In this document: one piece after another, positions 15,738-26,191 of the stretch | Layout: each line of letters starts with the position of its first letter | Position numbering within the stretch: position 1 is the first letter of the stretch | Source of the DNA: an uncultured Bacillales bacterium | GTDB lineage: Bacteria > Bacillota_I > Bacilli_A > RF39 > UBA660 | Length of the DNA: 64,000 nucleotides | Reading direction: 5' to 3' | Assembly (NCBI GenBank): GCA_947571655.1 | Contig: CANOYR010000009.1 | Location: 298-64,297, forward strand | Notes under the pieces: model-generated | What the model saw: only the letters and a program-made list of their open reading frames with translations | Database searches by the model: none | Told to the model about the DNA's origin: nothing | Program-made: the position numbers and the translations under genes

Positions 15738-18700
15738 ATGGGAATAGCATTCAAAAAAAACAAGAAAAAAATACAAATACTGATGATTTCTCTAATAATA
15801 ATAATGATAATGACTTCTATTGCTTTTATTCGAAATTCAAAAGCATACCCATCTCCAAATTCAACCATTCGATTTTCATCACAAAAATTAGATTACGGGA
15901 ATAAAGAATATGGAAGTTTTGAAGTAGAAAAAAATGTAGAGTGGATAAGCACACAAACAGCAAAATTAAAATTTCAAATTCATCCAATTTCTGAATCCTT
16001 ATCCAAGCTTACAGATATCATCTATGTGATGAACTTATCTTCTCATTCTGATCCTGAAAAATTCCAACAATTAAAAACAGAATCCATCAATTTTACAAAT
16101 ACGTTATTGTCCAATACAGAGAATCAGATGGCACTCATTACTTTTTCAAAAAATTCAGAGATTGTTTCTGGATTTACCAATCAAAAGGAAATGATTATCA
16201 ACGAAATTACAAAAGCAGAGATGTCAGAAGAAGAAAATAATTATTATCAAGCTTTACTAAGCATCGATCAAATCTTAAAAGATTATCAAAAAAAAGACGA
16301 TAGAAATTGTATGGTTTTATTTTTGACCAATGGATTTCCTAAAAAAGATGTTTCCAATCAAAATGCCCAATACCAGTATTTAAAAAATCAATATCCTGAT
16401 GTGATTTTTCAAGGAATTCAGTATGAAATGGGAGAGGAGATTATAGATTCTTTGAAAGAGGTAAGCGATACCCAAATTGCTACAACACAAGATACCATTG
16501 GTGATATATTAACAGCAACGATTTCTCCCTCTTTGATTTATCATCAATTTGTTTTGACGGATTTCATAGATTCTAGATACTTTGATGTAGAAGATTCTAG
16601 TATCCAAAGTTCGATAGGAAATTCGAGTCTAGAATCTGAAAATGGCAATTCAAAAATTGTTTGGTCGATAAATCAAGAACCAGTAAGAATTTCTCCAACA
16701 TTGACAGTAAATCTCACTCTAAAAGAAGACTATCAAGAACTAGAAGGAGCCTATGGAACCAGCATTTCCACAAACGTTTTATATCGTCTAAATCATATAG
16801 AAGAATCTGTAGAAACGAACGACACACCAATGTTAGCAACTCACTACCATTTAATCTATGATTATAATGTTCCAGAGGGATGTAATATAGATTCCTTTCC
16901 TAAAGAAGCTTCTAAAAAAGTTTTTGATTTAATCTCTGTGTATGATAATACACCAAGTTGTGGGAACTACCATTTTGAAGGTTGGAAAGTTGTCTCTAAC
17001 GAAGTAGAATGGGTCAATGAAAAATATTTTATGATGCCAAAAGACGATGTGACATTAAGAGCAGAGTGGAGCAAAGTTTCTCTTGTAATGCGCACTGAAG
17101 GAACAGTTTATAATGCGATTGGACTTTACGAAACAATGAAAGACCTTTCCACATCTGATGATATATCTAGTGAGTTTGTAACTTCAGAGCAAGGAATTGA
17201 TTTCTCACTTCCTCCAGGAAATACGAATGGAAAAGGAATATATAAATTATCTAATACAGAAGAAGATACCAATCCGATTTATTACTACCGTGGTGCAGTG
17301 AATGATAATCATGTAATTTTTGCAAACATTTGTTGGAAAATTGTAAGAACAACAGAAACTAAAGGCGTAAAACTAATTTATAATGGCGTTCCAAATCAAA
17401 ATAATCAATGTATATCTAGTACGACAGCAACTCAGATTTCTAACTCTAATAAAAATACTTTTGTATGGAATCAAGATACGAACGCACTAAATACATTAGG
17501 ATATTATCCAAATTCTAATTACCCAGTAAAAATAGAAACAAATCTACTAAGTCAACCAATTGTTTATGGAAGTGACATTTTATATCAAGATAATCAATAC
17601 GAATTACAAAATCCGATAACTAGCACTGATTGGAATCTTGATCGAGTAGAACTTGGAAAAACTCATCATTATACTTGTTTTTCAAACTCTACTCATTGTA
17701 GTTCAGTAAACTATATCTATAATACAGGGGAAAATGACCAAATCCCATATCTTACTTTAGAAAATGGTCAAACGATTGAAAATGTAGTGGAAACATTAAA
17801 AACCAATGGGACCAAATCCAATATTGCGACAATTGTAGAATCTTGGGCAGAAGAAAATTTAAAAGAATATAAAGAAGATTTAGAAGATACTGTATGGTGC
17901 AATGATCGAGGTGTTTTTGATGCTTCTGGATGGAAGAAGGATGGAAATGCGAATCAAAATCTTTTATTTGCGGCAAGCGGAAGATTAGATATCTCTAATA
18001 CAACAACAATTGTACCGAATCTTACTTGCTCTAATTCCACTGACCAATTTGCAGTAGAAAGAGGAAATGGGCTATTAACTTATCCAGTTGCTTTACTAAC
18101 AGCAGATGAAGCGACATTGGCTGGAAGTGGAGTTACAGGATTTGATACAGCTTCTTATTTAAACTCAGGTCAGTCGTGGTGGACAATGACACCAAAAGAA
18201 TTTCGTCTTTCTAGTGGAGCGATGTATGTAGTGGATGAAAATGGACAACTGAATGACGGTCTTTTAAATGAATCTTATGGAATTCGACCTGTCATTTCTC
18301 TAAAAACAGGAATTTCTATTTTGGATGGAGATGGAACCCCTAAAAACCCATATATCCTTGGTAGAATACAAATGGAAAAGGGAAGTATGAATGCAACAGT
18401 AATCCAAGTGAACAATAATAGACTGACAGTACAAGATAAAAATCATGGGATTTATACTTTTGCTGTTAATAACATAGAAGTAGAAAATGGTTCTAGTATT
18501 CATATTGAATACTTAGGAACAATTGATAAAAATAGAGACTTTCAGAATGTAAAAGTATTAAATTATAATATTATAGAACCATCCCTTAACGCCGATGGAA
18601 TCAAAGAAAGCTGGTTAGATGATGGGATTTTTAGTGATTATTATAAACAAGCAAAGAAAAAATTAGATACCTTAACCCTTGATCAGAAAATCGCACAAAT

Positions 18701-19640
18701 TCTTTTAGTATCGTATCCGGTAGGAGATCCGGTTGCTATTTTAAAAAAATATCAATTTGGAGGTTATTTATTCTTTGCCAACAATTTTGAAAATAAGACA
18801 GAATCCCAAGTTCAAGAAATGATAAACAATGCCCAAAATATTGCTAATATTCCTCTTCTAACAGCAGTGGATGAAGAAGGAGGAAGTGTAGTTCGTGTTA
18901 GTAAATTCCCGAATTTAGCTCCAGAACCGCATAAATCTTCCAGAGAATTATATGCAATGGGTGGACTTGATTTAATTAGACAAGATACAATTAACAAAAG
19001 TAAACTTTTAAACAACCTAGGATTAAACTTAAATCTGGCACCAGTCGTTGATGTTTCCACCAATCCAACGGATTACATGTATAAAAGATCGCTAGGAGAG
19101 GGGCCTGAAATTACCTCAGATTTTGCCAAAACAGTCATCGAAGCAAGTCATGGAAATAAAGTTTCCTATACCCTAAAGCATTTTCCAGGATATGGAAATA
19201 ATTCAGATACTCATCTTGGGACTTCCGTTGATAAAAGAACTTATGAAGATCTCTTAAAAAATGATTTACCACCATTTAAAGCAGGAATCGATGCAAAAGC
19301 GGAAGCTGTTTTGATTAGTCATAATATAGTTTCTAGTATTGATGCTACCAATCCATCCACACTTTCTCCTTCCATTCATAATGAACTTCGAAATCATCTT
19401 GGATTTACAGGAATTATTATTACAGATGACATGTCTATGGGTGCAGTTTCTAAGATAGATAATGCAGTTGTAAAAGCAATTTTAGCAGGAAATGATTTTA
19501 TCATTACAGGAAAATATGAAAAAAGCTTCAATGAAATAAAAACAGCTGTAGAAAATGGAACAATTAGTGAGGATATGATTAGTTATCATGCTTTTCGAAT
19601 TATCGCTTGGAAATATTATAAAGGGTTACTTACAGAATAA
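15738..19640 (+). CDS. Giant membrane-anchored multidomain protein: degenerate vWA-like domain, Listeria-Bacteroides (Flg_new) repeat, unknown region, C-terminal GH3 beta-N-acetylglucosaminidase (NagZ-like) domain
   Basis: The N-terminal TM helix is ILMISLIIIMIMTSIAF. The vWA-like strands are IIYVMNLSSHS...ALITFSK...MVLFLTNGFP, with MIDAS Asp replaced by Asn. GNYHFEGWKVV...VTLRAEW is a Flg_new-type repeat. The C-terminal ~320 aa carry LLTAVDEEGGSVVR, LAPVVDV, KHFPGYGNNSDTH and IIITDDMSMGA (GH3). The start is the ATG at 15738 or the GTG at 15729. Confidence 0.8.
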   Translation: MGIAFKKNKKKIQILMISLIIIMIMTSIAFIRNSKAYPSPNSTIRFSSQKLDYGNKEYGSFEVEKNVEWISTQTAKLKFQIHPISESLSKLTDIIYVMNLSSHSDPEKFQQLKTESINFTNTLLSNTENQMALITFSKNSEIVSGFTNQKEMIINEITKAEMSEEENNYYQALLSIDQILKDYQKKDDRNCMVLFLTNGFPKKDVSNQNAQYQYLKNQYPDVIFQGIQYEMGEEIIDSLKEVSDTQIATTQDTIGDILTATISPSLIYHQFVLTDFIDSRYFDVEDSSIQSSIGNSSLESENGNSKIVWSINQEPVRISPTLTVNLTLKEDYQELEGAYGTSISTNVLYRLNHIEESVETNDTPMLATHYHLIYDYNVPEGCNIDSFPKEASKKVFDLISVYDNTPSCGNYHFEGWKVVSNEVEWVNEKYFMMPKDDVTLRAEWSKVSLVMRTEGTVYNAIGLYETMKDLSTSDDISSEFVTSEQGIDFSLPPGNTNGKGIYKLSNTEEDTNPIYYYRGAVNDNHVIFANICWKIVRTTETKGVKLIYNGVPNQNNQCISSTTATQISNSNKNTFVWNQDTNALNTLGYYPNSNYPVKIETNLLSQPIVYGSDILYQDNQYELQNPITSTDWNLDRVELGKTHHYTCFSNSTHCSSVNYIYNTGENDQIPYLTLENGQTIENVVETLKTNGTKSNIATIVESWAEENLKEYKEDLEDTVWCNDRGVFDASGWKKDGNANQNLLFAASGRLDISNTTTIVPNLTCSNSTDQFAVERGNGLLTYPVALLTADEATLAGSGVTGFDTASYLNSGQSWWTMTPKEFRLSSGAMYVVDENGQLNDGLLNESYGIRPVISLKTGISILDGDGTPKNPYILGRIQMEKGSMNATVIQVNNNRLTVQDKNHGIYTFAVNNIEVENGSSIHIEYLGTIDKNRDFQNVKVLNYNIIEPSLNADGIKESWLDDGIFSDYYKQAKKKLDTLTLDQKIAQILLVSYPVGDPVAILKKYQFGGYLFFANNFENKTESQVQEMINNAQNIANIPLLTAVDEEGGSVVRVSKFPNLAPEPHKSSRELYAMGGLDLIRQDTINKSKLLNNLGLNLNLAPVVDVSTNPTDYMYKRSLGEGPEITSDFAKTVIEASHGNKVSYTLKHFPGYGNNSDTHLGTSVDKRTYEDLLKNDLPPFKAGIDAKAEAVLISHNIVSSIDATNPSTLSPSIHNELRNHLGFTGIIITDDMSMGAVSKIDNAVVKAILAGNDFIITGKYEKSFNEIKTAVENGTISEDMISYHAFRIIAWKYYKGLLTE

Positions 19641-19643
19641 AAA

Positions 19644-19668
19644 AGAATCAATTACGATTCTTTTTTTG
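19644..19668. terminator. Bidirectional hairpin terminator between convergent genes
   Basis: AGAATC (19644-19649) pairs with GATTCT (19656-19661), with an A-run before and a T-run after. It embeds the stop codon of the minus-strand PBP gene. Confidence 0.6.
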
Positions 19669-21586
19669 TCTCCTCTCCTAGTAGCAAAACAATTGTAGTT
19701 CCTTCTGGAACACGTTCTCCTTCACTTGGTGATTGATAAAGAACAGTATCTCCGCTTCCTGTATACTCAATTTCAAAATTTGTAAGTTCTTTTTTTGCAT
19801 CATTAACATTTTTTCCAACAACATTAGGAACAGAATAATAAACTTTATCTTCCCAGGTATAGTCCTTTTCCACTTGACCCTCTTGTTTTTCAATTTCTAA
19901 GGCATCAATAATATCTAAAAGAATACGTCTTGCGATTGGGGTTGTCGTATAACTAGAAAGTAAAGCGGTATTCTTTGGATTATCTAAAGCGATATAAAGG
20001 ACGGCTTTTGGATTATTCGCAGGAACAACAGACATGAAACTCATAATGTAGTTATTAACCAAATACCTTCCATTTTCTACCTTTTGTGCAGTTCCTGTTT
20101 TCCCCCCAACACGATATCCGTCGATATAAGCAGCTTTTCCACCACCTAAAGCGACGACTGTTTCCAAAGCATAACGCATTTTCTTACTGGTTTCTTCACT
20201 AATGGTTTTTCGAATCAATTTTGGTTCGATTTCTTTAATTATAGTATTTGTTTCTGGCTCTAAGAAATTTTTTACAATGTAAGGTTGATACAAATTTCCA
20301 CCGTTTACAACTGCACTCACTGCAGTTACTTGTTGAATAGGAGTAACACTAACCCCTTGACCAAAAGCAGTAGTAGAAAGCTCCAAATCGCCTACACGAT
20401 CTAAATCAAAGATAATTCCTTTTCCTTCACCATTTAAATCAACTCCTGTTTTTTCTCCAAAGCCGAATAAATCCAAGTAGGAAAATAATCGCTCCTTTCC
20501 AAGCATTTGACCTAACTTTACAAACCCTGGATTACAAGAATTTTGTAATACCTGAATATAAGTTTGATCACCATGTCCCCCAGCTTTCCAACAACCAATT
20601 CTAGAACCGCTGACAATAACACTTCCAGAATCATAGAAGTGATCATTTTCCATATCCATTAAATTTTCTTCCAAAGCAGCAGAGAAGGTTACAATCTTAA
20701 AAGTACTTCCAGGTTCATAAGATGCCCAAATTGGCAGATTTCTACTCAGAGTATCCATCGAGTAGTCCTTATAGTTATTTGGGTCATAACTAGGTCTAGA
20801 ACTCATTCCTAAAATTTCTCCAGTATTAGGATCCATAACGATTGCAAGTGCCATATCAGGATTAAATGCTTTGACAGCATTTTCAAGTTCTCGTTCTAAA
20901 GACATTTGAATTTTATAATCAATCGTTAACTGAAGATTGATTCCATCAGTTGGTGCAACATAAATATCTGATAAATTTAATTGATTTCCTTTCGCATCAG
21001 AAAAATATTTAATCGCACCAGCTTCTCCAGTTAAATACTCATCATATTGAAGTTCTAGTCCAGAAAGCCCTTGATTATCAATTCCAACGTATCCTAAGAC
21101 ATGAGATAAGAAATTTCCATAAGGATAATAACGCTTTGCTTCCTTTACGAGATAGACACCTGGTAGATTTAAACTAGAAATTTGATCAGCAATCTCATAA
21201 GAGAGCCTTCTTCCTTCTGGATGAACCCTTTCGATGGAGGTTTCTTTTTTTACATGCTGATCCATTTCCTCTTTAGATACCCCTAAAATATCTGCTAACT
21301 TTTGACTGGTATCATCTTTATCTTTAATTTGATTTGGAATCAAGACTAAAGAAGTAGTTGTTAAATTATCTGCTAAAACGACCCCATTCCTATCTAAAAT
21401 TTTTCCACGATTTGCTTCAATTGGCAGATTTCTACTCCAAAGATCACTTGCTAAATAAGAAAGTTTTTGATAATCAATCGTTTGAATATAAACAACTCTC
21501 AAAATAATAAATAGAAACAATAAAACAATAATTAAAAAAATAACTTTAATTTTTGCATCGATTTTTTTTGTAAACATGTTTTTCAC
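19652..21586 (-). CDS. Class B penicillin-binding protein (PBP2B/SpoVD family) with one C-terminal PASTA domain
   Basis: It has an N-terminal TM helix and dimerisation domain. The transpeptidase motifs are STFK (EPGSTFKIV), SCN (LQNSCNPGF) and KTGT (GGKTGTAQK). The C-terminus has a PASTA-like VPNVVGKNVNDAKKEL...GTTIVLLLG. Confidence 0.9.
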   Translation of the reverse strand: MKNMFTKKIDAKIKVIFLIIVLLFLFIILRVVYIQTIDYQKLSYLASDLWSRNLPIEANRGKILDRNGVVLADNLTTTSLVLIPNQIKDKDDTSQKLADILGVSKEEMDQHVKKETSIERVHPEGRRLSYEIADQISSLNLPGVYLVKEAKRYYPYGNFLSHVLGYVGIDNQGLSGLELQYDEYLTGEAGAIKYFSDAKGNQLNLSDIYVAPTDGINLQLTIDYKIQMSLERELENAVKAFNPDMALAIVMDPNTGEILGMSSRPSYDPNNYKDYSMDTLSRNLPIWASYEPGSTFKIVTFSAALEENLMDMENDHFYDSGSVIVSGSRIGCWKAGGHGDQTYIQVLQNSCNPGFVKLGQMLGKERLFSYLDLFGFGEKTGVDLNGEGKGIIFDLDRVGDLELSTTAFGQGVSVTPIQQVTAVSAVVNGGNLYQPYIVKNFLEPETNTIIKEIEPKLIRKTISEETSKKMRYALETVVALGGGKAAYIDGYRVGGKTGTAQKVENGRYLVNNYIMSFMSVVPANNPKAVLYIALDNPKNTALLSSYTTTPIARRILLDIIDALEIEKQEGQVEKDYTWEDKVYYSVPNVVGKNVNDAKKELTNFEIEYTGSGDTVLYQSPSEGERVPEGTTIVLLLGEETKKES

Positions 21587-21690
21587 CTAATCTAGTTTAT
21601 TCTAGAAATTAAAAACTTATGATTTCTAGTGTTTGATGCTATTTTATTTACTTTTTTCCCTTTCTTCGATAAAATGAATATGGTGATATC

Positions 21691-22407
21691 ATGCAGAGAT
21701 ATTTTGTAGATCAAAAAATTGAAAATAAATTCACTTTAAATAGTGAAGATAGTTATCATATTTTAAAAGTAATGCGTATGACAATAGGGGATAGAATCGA
21801 GATTGTATTTAACGAAAAGACTTATATTTGTTTCATTGTTTGTTTAGAACCACACATAGTAGCAGAAGTTTTGGAAGAAAAATCAGAAATGAACGAATTA
21901 CCCATTTCAGTTACTCTAGTGCAAGCATTAGTAAAAGAACAAAAGATGGATATCATTTTACAGAAGGCAACAGAGCTTGGAGTTGACCAAATGATTCCAT
22001 ATCAAGCAACGAGAAGTGTTATAAAAATAAACCAAAAAGAAACAAAAAAAATAAATCGTTGGCAAAAAATTATAAAAGAAGCAAGTGAACAGTCGAAACG
22101 GACTAAAATTCCAAAAGTTCAGCCAGTGATGACAATTTCAGACCTTTTGACCTTAAAAGATTACGATAAAAAACTCTTGTGTACTGTCCAAGAAAATACA
22201 AAAAATCTAAAAAATCTATTATCAAATGTAAGAGAAGGTGCTAAAATGATAGTAGTAGTAGGACCAGAAGGTGGTTTTACAAAAGAAGAGGAAGAGCAAT
22301 TCATTCAAGCTGGATTTCAAACCGTTTCCCTAGGTAAAAGTGTTCTTCGAACGGAAACAGCGTCCCTTTTTATTATGAGTGCTGTTCGTTATCATAGTAT
22401 GAGGTGA
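21691..22407 (+). CDS. rsmE: 16S rRNA (uracil1498-N3)-methyltransferase RsmE
   Basis: It has the MQRYFV N-terminus and a PUA-like N-domain. LVQALVKEQKMDIILQKATELGV and VVVGPEGGFTKEE...LGKSVLRTETA are the RsmE SPOUT motifs. Confidence 0.9.
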   Translation: MQRYFVDQKIENKFTLNSEDSYHILKVMRMTIGDRIEIVFNEKTYICFIVCLEPHIVAEVLEEKSEMNELPISVTLVQALVKEQKMDIILQKATELGVDQMIPYQATRSVIKINQKETKKINRWQKIIKEASEQSKRTKIPKVQPVMTISDLLTLKDYDKKLLCTVQENTKNLKNLLSNVREGAKMIVVVGPEGGFTKEEEEQFIQAGFQTVSLGKSVLRTETASLFIMSAVRYHSMR

Positions 22408-23372
22408 ATAAAAGAATGATATTATTTTTAAAAGAAATACAATTAAATGTTAGCAGTGGGTTGCTTTTGGTTTATGGATTTATTGTTTTCATTATTTTCT
22501 TAATTACTGTTGTATTGATTGTCGATAAGATTCATCATAAAAATCGAGATTCCCTTTTTCAGAGTAGACATCTGAAAAAAAGATTAAAAGAGCTCCAAAT
22601 GATAGAGGAAGAAGAAAAGATAAGTTCGAGTAAAAAAGCATCTCCCATCATCGATAGAGAGGAAAAAGAAAAACAACAAGAACTGGCTCCTGTTTTAGAA
22701 AAACAAGAAAAATTAGAAGAAAAGACAGTAGAAAATCAGAAAGATAGGGTAGAAGAAAATCTAATAAAGCAAGAAAAAATATTGGATGAAAAAAAGAATC
22801 CCTCAGTAATTACCACCAACCATTTAGAAAATCTAGAAGAAAACAAACGAGATAGTATGAACAATGACAGAGAAAATTCATTAGAAAAAACTCAAGCTCA
22901 AATAGATGTAGAGGAAATTACAAAAGCCTTAGAAAAAGCAGTAGAAGAAGAAAAAGAATCGAATAAATATGCCAAATTTGAAGAAGAACAGGAGCAAAAT
23001 GCAATCATCAGTTATGTAGAACTCAAAGAAAAGTTTGATGAACTTTATGATTCTAATGAAAAAGTCCAATATATGAATGATGATACATTACCAATCAATT
23101 TAAAAGAGTTATATGAAACAACCAACTTATTTAAAGAGTCTGATATTTCTTTCGAAAAAACAGATTTTAAAGAAGAATCTCCATCTTTAGTGGAAAATAA
23201 ACCAGCTTCTACTTATCAAGAGAAAAAAACAACAGAATTTAGAAATAGTCCAATTATTTCTCCTGTTTATGGGATTCAAAAAGAAAAAGAAAATCATTTA
23301 CCAGAAAACAAATTCCAGAATCCGACCGACTTTTTAAGCTCATTAAAGGAATTACAAAAGAATTTGGAATAG
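22404..23372 (+). CDS. Hypothetical membrane-anchored E/K-rich protein (322 aa)
   Basis: The GTG start overlaps the rsmE stop (GTGA). It has one TM helix (LLLVYGFIVFIIFLITVVLIV) followed by a long E/K/Q-rich low-complexity region. Confidence 0.5.
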   Translation: MNKRMILFLKEIQLNVSSGLLLVYGFIVFIIFLITVVLIVDKIHHKNRDSLFQSRHLKKRLKELQMIEEEEKISSSKKASPIIDREEKEKQQELAPVLEKQEKLEEKTVENQKDRVEENLIKQEKILDEKKNPSVITTNHLENLEENKRDSMNNDRENSLEKTQAQIDVEEITKALEKAVEEEKESNKYAKFEEEQEQNAIISYVELKEKFDELYDSNEKVQYMNDDTLPINLKELYETTNLFKESDISFEKTDFKEESPSLVENKPASTYQEKKTTEFRNSPIISPVYGIQKEKENHLPENKFQNPTDFLSSLKELQKNLE

Positions 23373-23406
23373 TTTACTCCAAGAATATGATAAAAATAGA
23401 GGTGAT

Positions 23407-25293
23407 ATGATGAAAGATAGTATTCAATTAAAAAGTTTTATAAAATCATTACTTACGACATTAGCCCTTACTCTAAATGTGTTGATAATTTATCAAAATA
23501 AGGTGAACAATACAAACATTTTTCAAGTAGAATTATCTACTGTGGCGCTTCTTTTCGCTTTATTTTATTTTCTATATAAGAAAAAAAAGATAAAATTAGA
23601 TTCAGGTAGTCTTTTTTTAGCTCATTTATTTTCATTTTTCATGCTATTTGGTAATAGTTATTTAAAATTAGATTCTTGGAATTTAGTTTTTGGAAATTTA
23701 AAAATGATGGCAATTTCTGCTTTCCTGTATTTAGGATATTTTTATCTATTTTCTTACCTGATTCATTTTATAGAAAACCTTTGGCTAAATTTCAGTTTTC
23801 CTGAAATTAAGGGAAAAAGAAGAACACTTTTTCGAAAATTTAGACAAGCATTAGAAGAACATCCCATTCGAACTAGTTTTTTGGTACTTCTTATCTTTTG
23901 GTCAATTTATATCATTGCCTTTTATCCGATTATTTTATCTCCTGATCCTTCTTTTCAAATCAAAATGTATTTTAATGAACATACCAAATATATTGATTGG
24001 GTAATTAGAAGAAGTCCAAAGGTAAATCTAACGACACATCATCCAATCATCCATACATTTTTATTGGGAGGGGCCATTCAGTTAGGAAGATTAATCGGTA
24101 GCGATAACTTTGGATTATTGATCTATTCTTTGTTCCAAACAGCCGTTTTAGCTGCGACCTTGTCTTATACGATTTATTATACAAAAAAATTAAAGATATC
24201 AAATAGTGTTCGTCTACTACTACTAGCGATTTACGCTTTAGTTCCCATGTTTCCATTTTACGCCATGTCAGGAGTAAAGGATACAATTTATACGTGCCTT
24301 GTCATCTTATATACCATGTTTTTACTTGATATATTATTGTTTAAAAAGGATAGAAAATTCTCCCTCTTTGAAATAATAGAAAATACCTGCTTGATAATTT
24401 TATTGATGTTATTTCGAAATAATGGAATTTATGTGATTCTTTTATCTCTTCCATTTCTATTTCTTATTCGGAAATTAGACCAAAAGAAAATGGGAGTTAT
24501 TTTAGGAAGCTCTTTAGCTATTTATTTTGTAATTGTAAAAATAGTCATTCCTGGAATGGGAATTAGTGATGGAAGTATTCGTGAGGCATTATCCATCCCA
24601 TTTCAGCAGACCGCAAGATATGTAAAAGAGCATGGAGAATCGATTAAAAAAGAGGAACGAAAAGCAATTGATAAAGTTTTAGGATATGAAGATTTGAAAG
24701 AACGCTATGACCCAATAAAGGCTGATCCTGTAAAGAATGAATTTAACAAAGATGCAACCTCAGAGGATTTAAAAGAATATTTTAAATTTTGGTTTCAAGG
24801 ACTTTTAAAGCATCCAGATACCTATTTACAAGCAACAATGAATAATGTTTATGGATATTTTTATCCAAATTCTACAAGATGGTATATTTACTATAAATAC
24901 GATAATCGAATTACACAAAATGATTTAGTGGATTATCACTACAATTCTTTATCAGGAATTAGAAATGTATTAACAGGTTATGGAGTTAGTTTTCCTTATA
25001 TTCCAGGAATTGGACTAATCAGTAATATCGGTTTTAGCAGCTGGGTTCTATTCTTACTTGTCTATTTTGTAATAAAACAAAAGAAAAAAGAATTATTAAT
25101 TGTTCTTGCACCATCCTTAGCATCTCTTCTAATTTGCGTTGCCTCTCCTGTAAATTGTTATTTCCGTTACGCAATGCCATACGTCTTTATGCTCCCGTTC
25201 TTGATTGTAACCATTCAATTTATATTAAATAAGAAAGAAGGTAATTATGAAAAAAAGCAGTTCAAAAATCGCAGTGCTGATTCCTTGTTATAA
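23407..25293 (+). CDS. Polytopic membrane protein, putative GT-C-type glycosyltransferase (DUF6020/YfhO-like role)
   Basis: It has 12 or more predicted TM helices and a large extracytoplasmic loop (REALSIPFQQTARYVKEHG...DPVKNEF). It lies directly upstream of, and overlaps, the GtrB-like and GtrA-like genes. The family call is from memory of the DUF6020 pattern. Confidence 0.5.
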   Translation: MMKDSIQLKSFIKSLLTTLALTLNVLIIYQNKVNNTNIFQVELSTVALLFALFYFLYKKKKIKLDSGSLFLAHLFSFFMLFGNSYLKLDSWNLVFGNLKMMAISAFLYLGYFYLFSYLIHFIENLWLNFSFPEIKGKRRTLFRKFRQALEEHPIRTSFLVLLIFWSIYIIAFYPIILSPDPSFQIKMYFNEHTKYIDWVIRRSPKVNLTTHHPIIHTFLLGGAIQLGRLIGSDNFGLLIYSLFQTAVLAATLSYTIYYTKKLKISNSVRLLLLAIYALVPMFPFYAMSGVKDTIYTCLVILYTMFLLDILLFKKDRKFSLFEIIENTCLIILLMLFRNNGIYVILLSLPFLFLIRKLDQKKMGVILGSSLAIYFVIVKIVIPGMGISDGSIREALSIPFQQTARYVKEHGESIKKEERKAIDKVLGYEDLKERYDPIKADPVKNEFNKDATSEDLKEYFKFWFQGLLKHPDTYLQATMNNVYGYFYPNSTRWYIYYKYDNRITQNDLVDYHYNSLSGIRNVLTGYGVSFPYIPGIGLISNIGFSSWVLFLLVYFVIKQKKKELLIVLAPSLASLLICVASPVNCYFRYAMPYVFMLPFLIVTIQFILNKKEGNYEKKQFKNRSADSLL

Positions 25294-26191
25294 CGAAAGT
25301 AAAACAATTGAAAAAGTAGTAAAGGATTATAAAAAGGCACTTCCTGAAGCAGATATTTATGTTTACGATAATAATTCTACCGACCAAACGGATGAAATTG
25401 CTATCAAAGCAGGAGCCATTGTTCGTTATGAATATCGTCAAGGAAAAGGAAATGTAATTCGTAGTATGTTTCGAGAAATTGATGCCGACTGTTACCTGAT
25501 GATTGATGGGGATGATACCTATTCTTCTGAAAATGCCAGAGAAATGTGTAATTACATTTTAGAAAAACGAGCAGATATGGTGATAGGAGATCGTCTATCG
25601 AGTACATATTTCACAGAGAATAAACGTCCATTCCATAATTTTGGAAACAAAATTGTTCGTTGGTTAATTAATAAATTATTTAAAAATAATATTCGAGATA
25701 TTATGACAGGATATCGCGCTTTTAGTTATGATTTTGTGAAGGGATTTCCAGTACTATCAAAAGGATTTGAAATAGAAACAGAAATGACGATTCATGCTGT
25801 CGATAAGAATTTTAAATTAGTAGAAATTCCTATCACATATCGTGATCGTCCAGAAGGAAGTGTATCGAAACTAAATACTTATAAAGATGGATTTAAAGTC
25901 TTAAGAACCATCGCTACGCTTTTTAAAGAATATAAACCTGGGATTTTCTTTGGAATCTTTGCGAGTATTTTCTTACTAATTTCTTTAATTTTGGGAGTTC
26001 CTGTATTTTTAGAGTACTTTGATACAGGACTGGTTCCGAGATTTCCAAGTTTAATTGTATCAGGAATCTTTTTAGTAATTTCATTACTACTTTGGATTAC
26101 AGGGATTCTTCTAGAAGTAATTGTAAAGAAACACCGTCAGTTATATGAACTTTTTATGAATGAATTAAAAAAGAAGGAATCGAAGGAATGA
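25247..26191 (+). CDS. GT2 polyprenyl-phosphate glycosyltransferase (GtrB/CsbB-like)
   Basis: IAVLIPCYNESKTIEKVV, VYDNNSTDQT and MIDGDDTY (the DxD motif) are GT2 motifs. It has two C-terminal TM helices, as in GtrB/CsbB. Confidence 0.85.
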   Translation: MKKSSSKIAVLIPCYNESKTIEKVVKDYKKALPEADIYVYDNNSTDQTDEIAIKAGAIVRYEYRQGKGNVIRSMFREIDADCYLMIDGDDTYSSENAREMCNYILEKRADMVIGDRLSSTYFTENKRPFHNFGNKIVRWLINKLFKNNIRDIMTGYRAFSYDFVKGFPVLSKGFEIETEMTIHAVDKNFKLVEIPITYRDRPEGSVSKLNTYKDGFKVLRTIATLFKEYKPGIFFGIFASIFLLISLILGVPVFLEYFDTGLVPRFPSLIVSGIFLVISLLLWITGILLEVIVKKHRQLYELFMNELKKKESKE

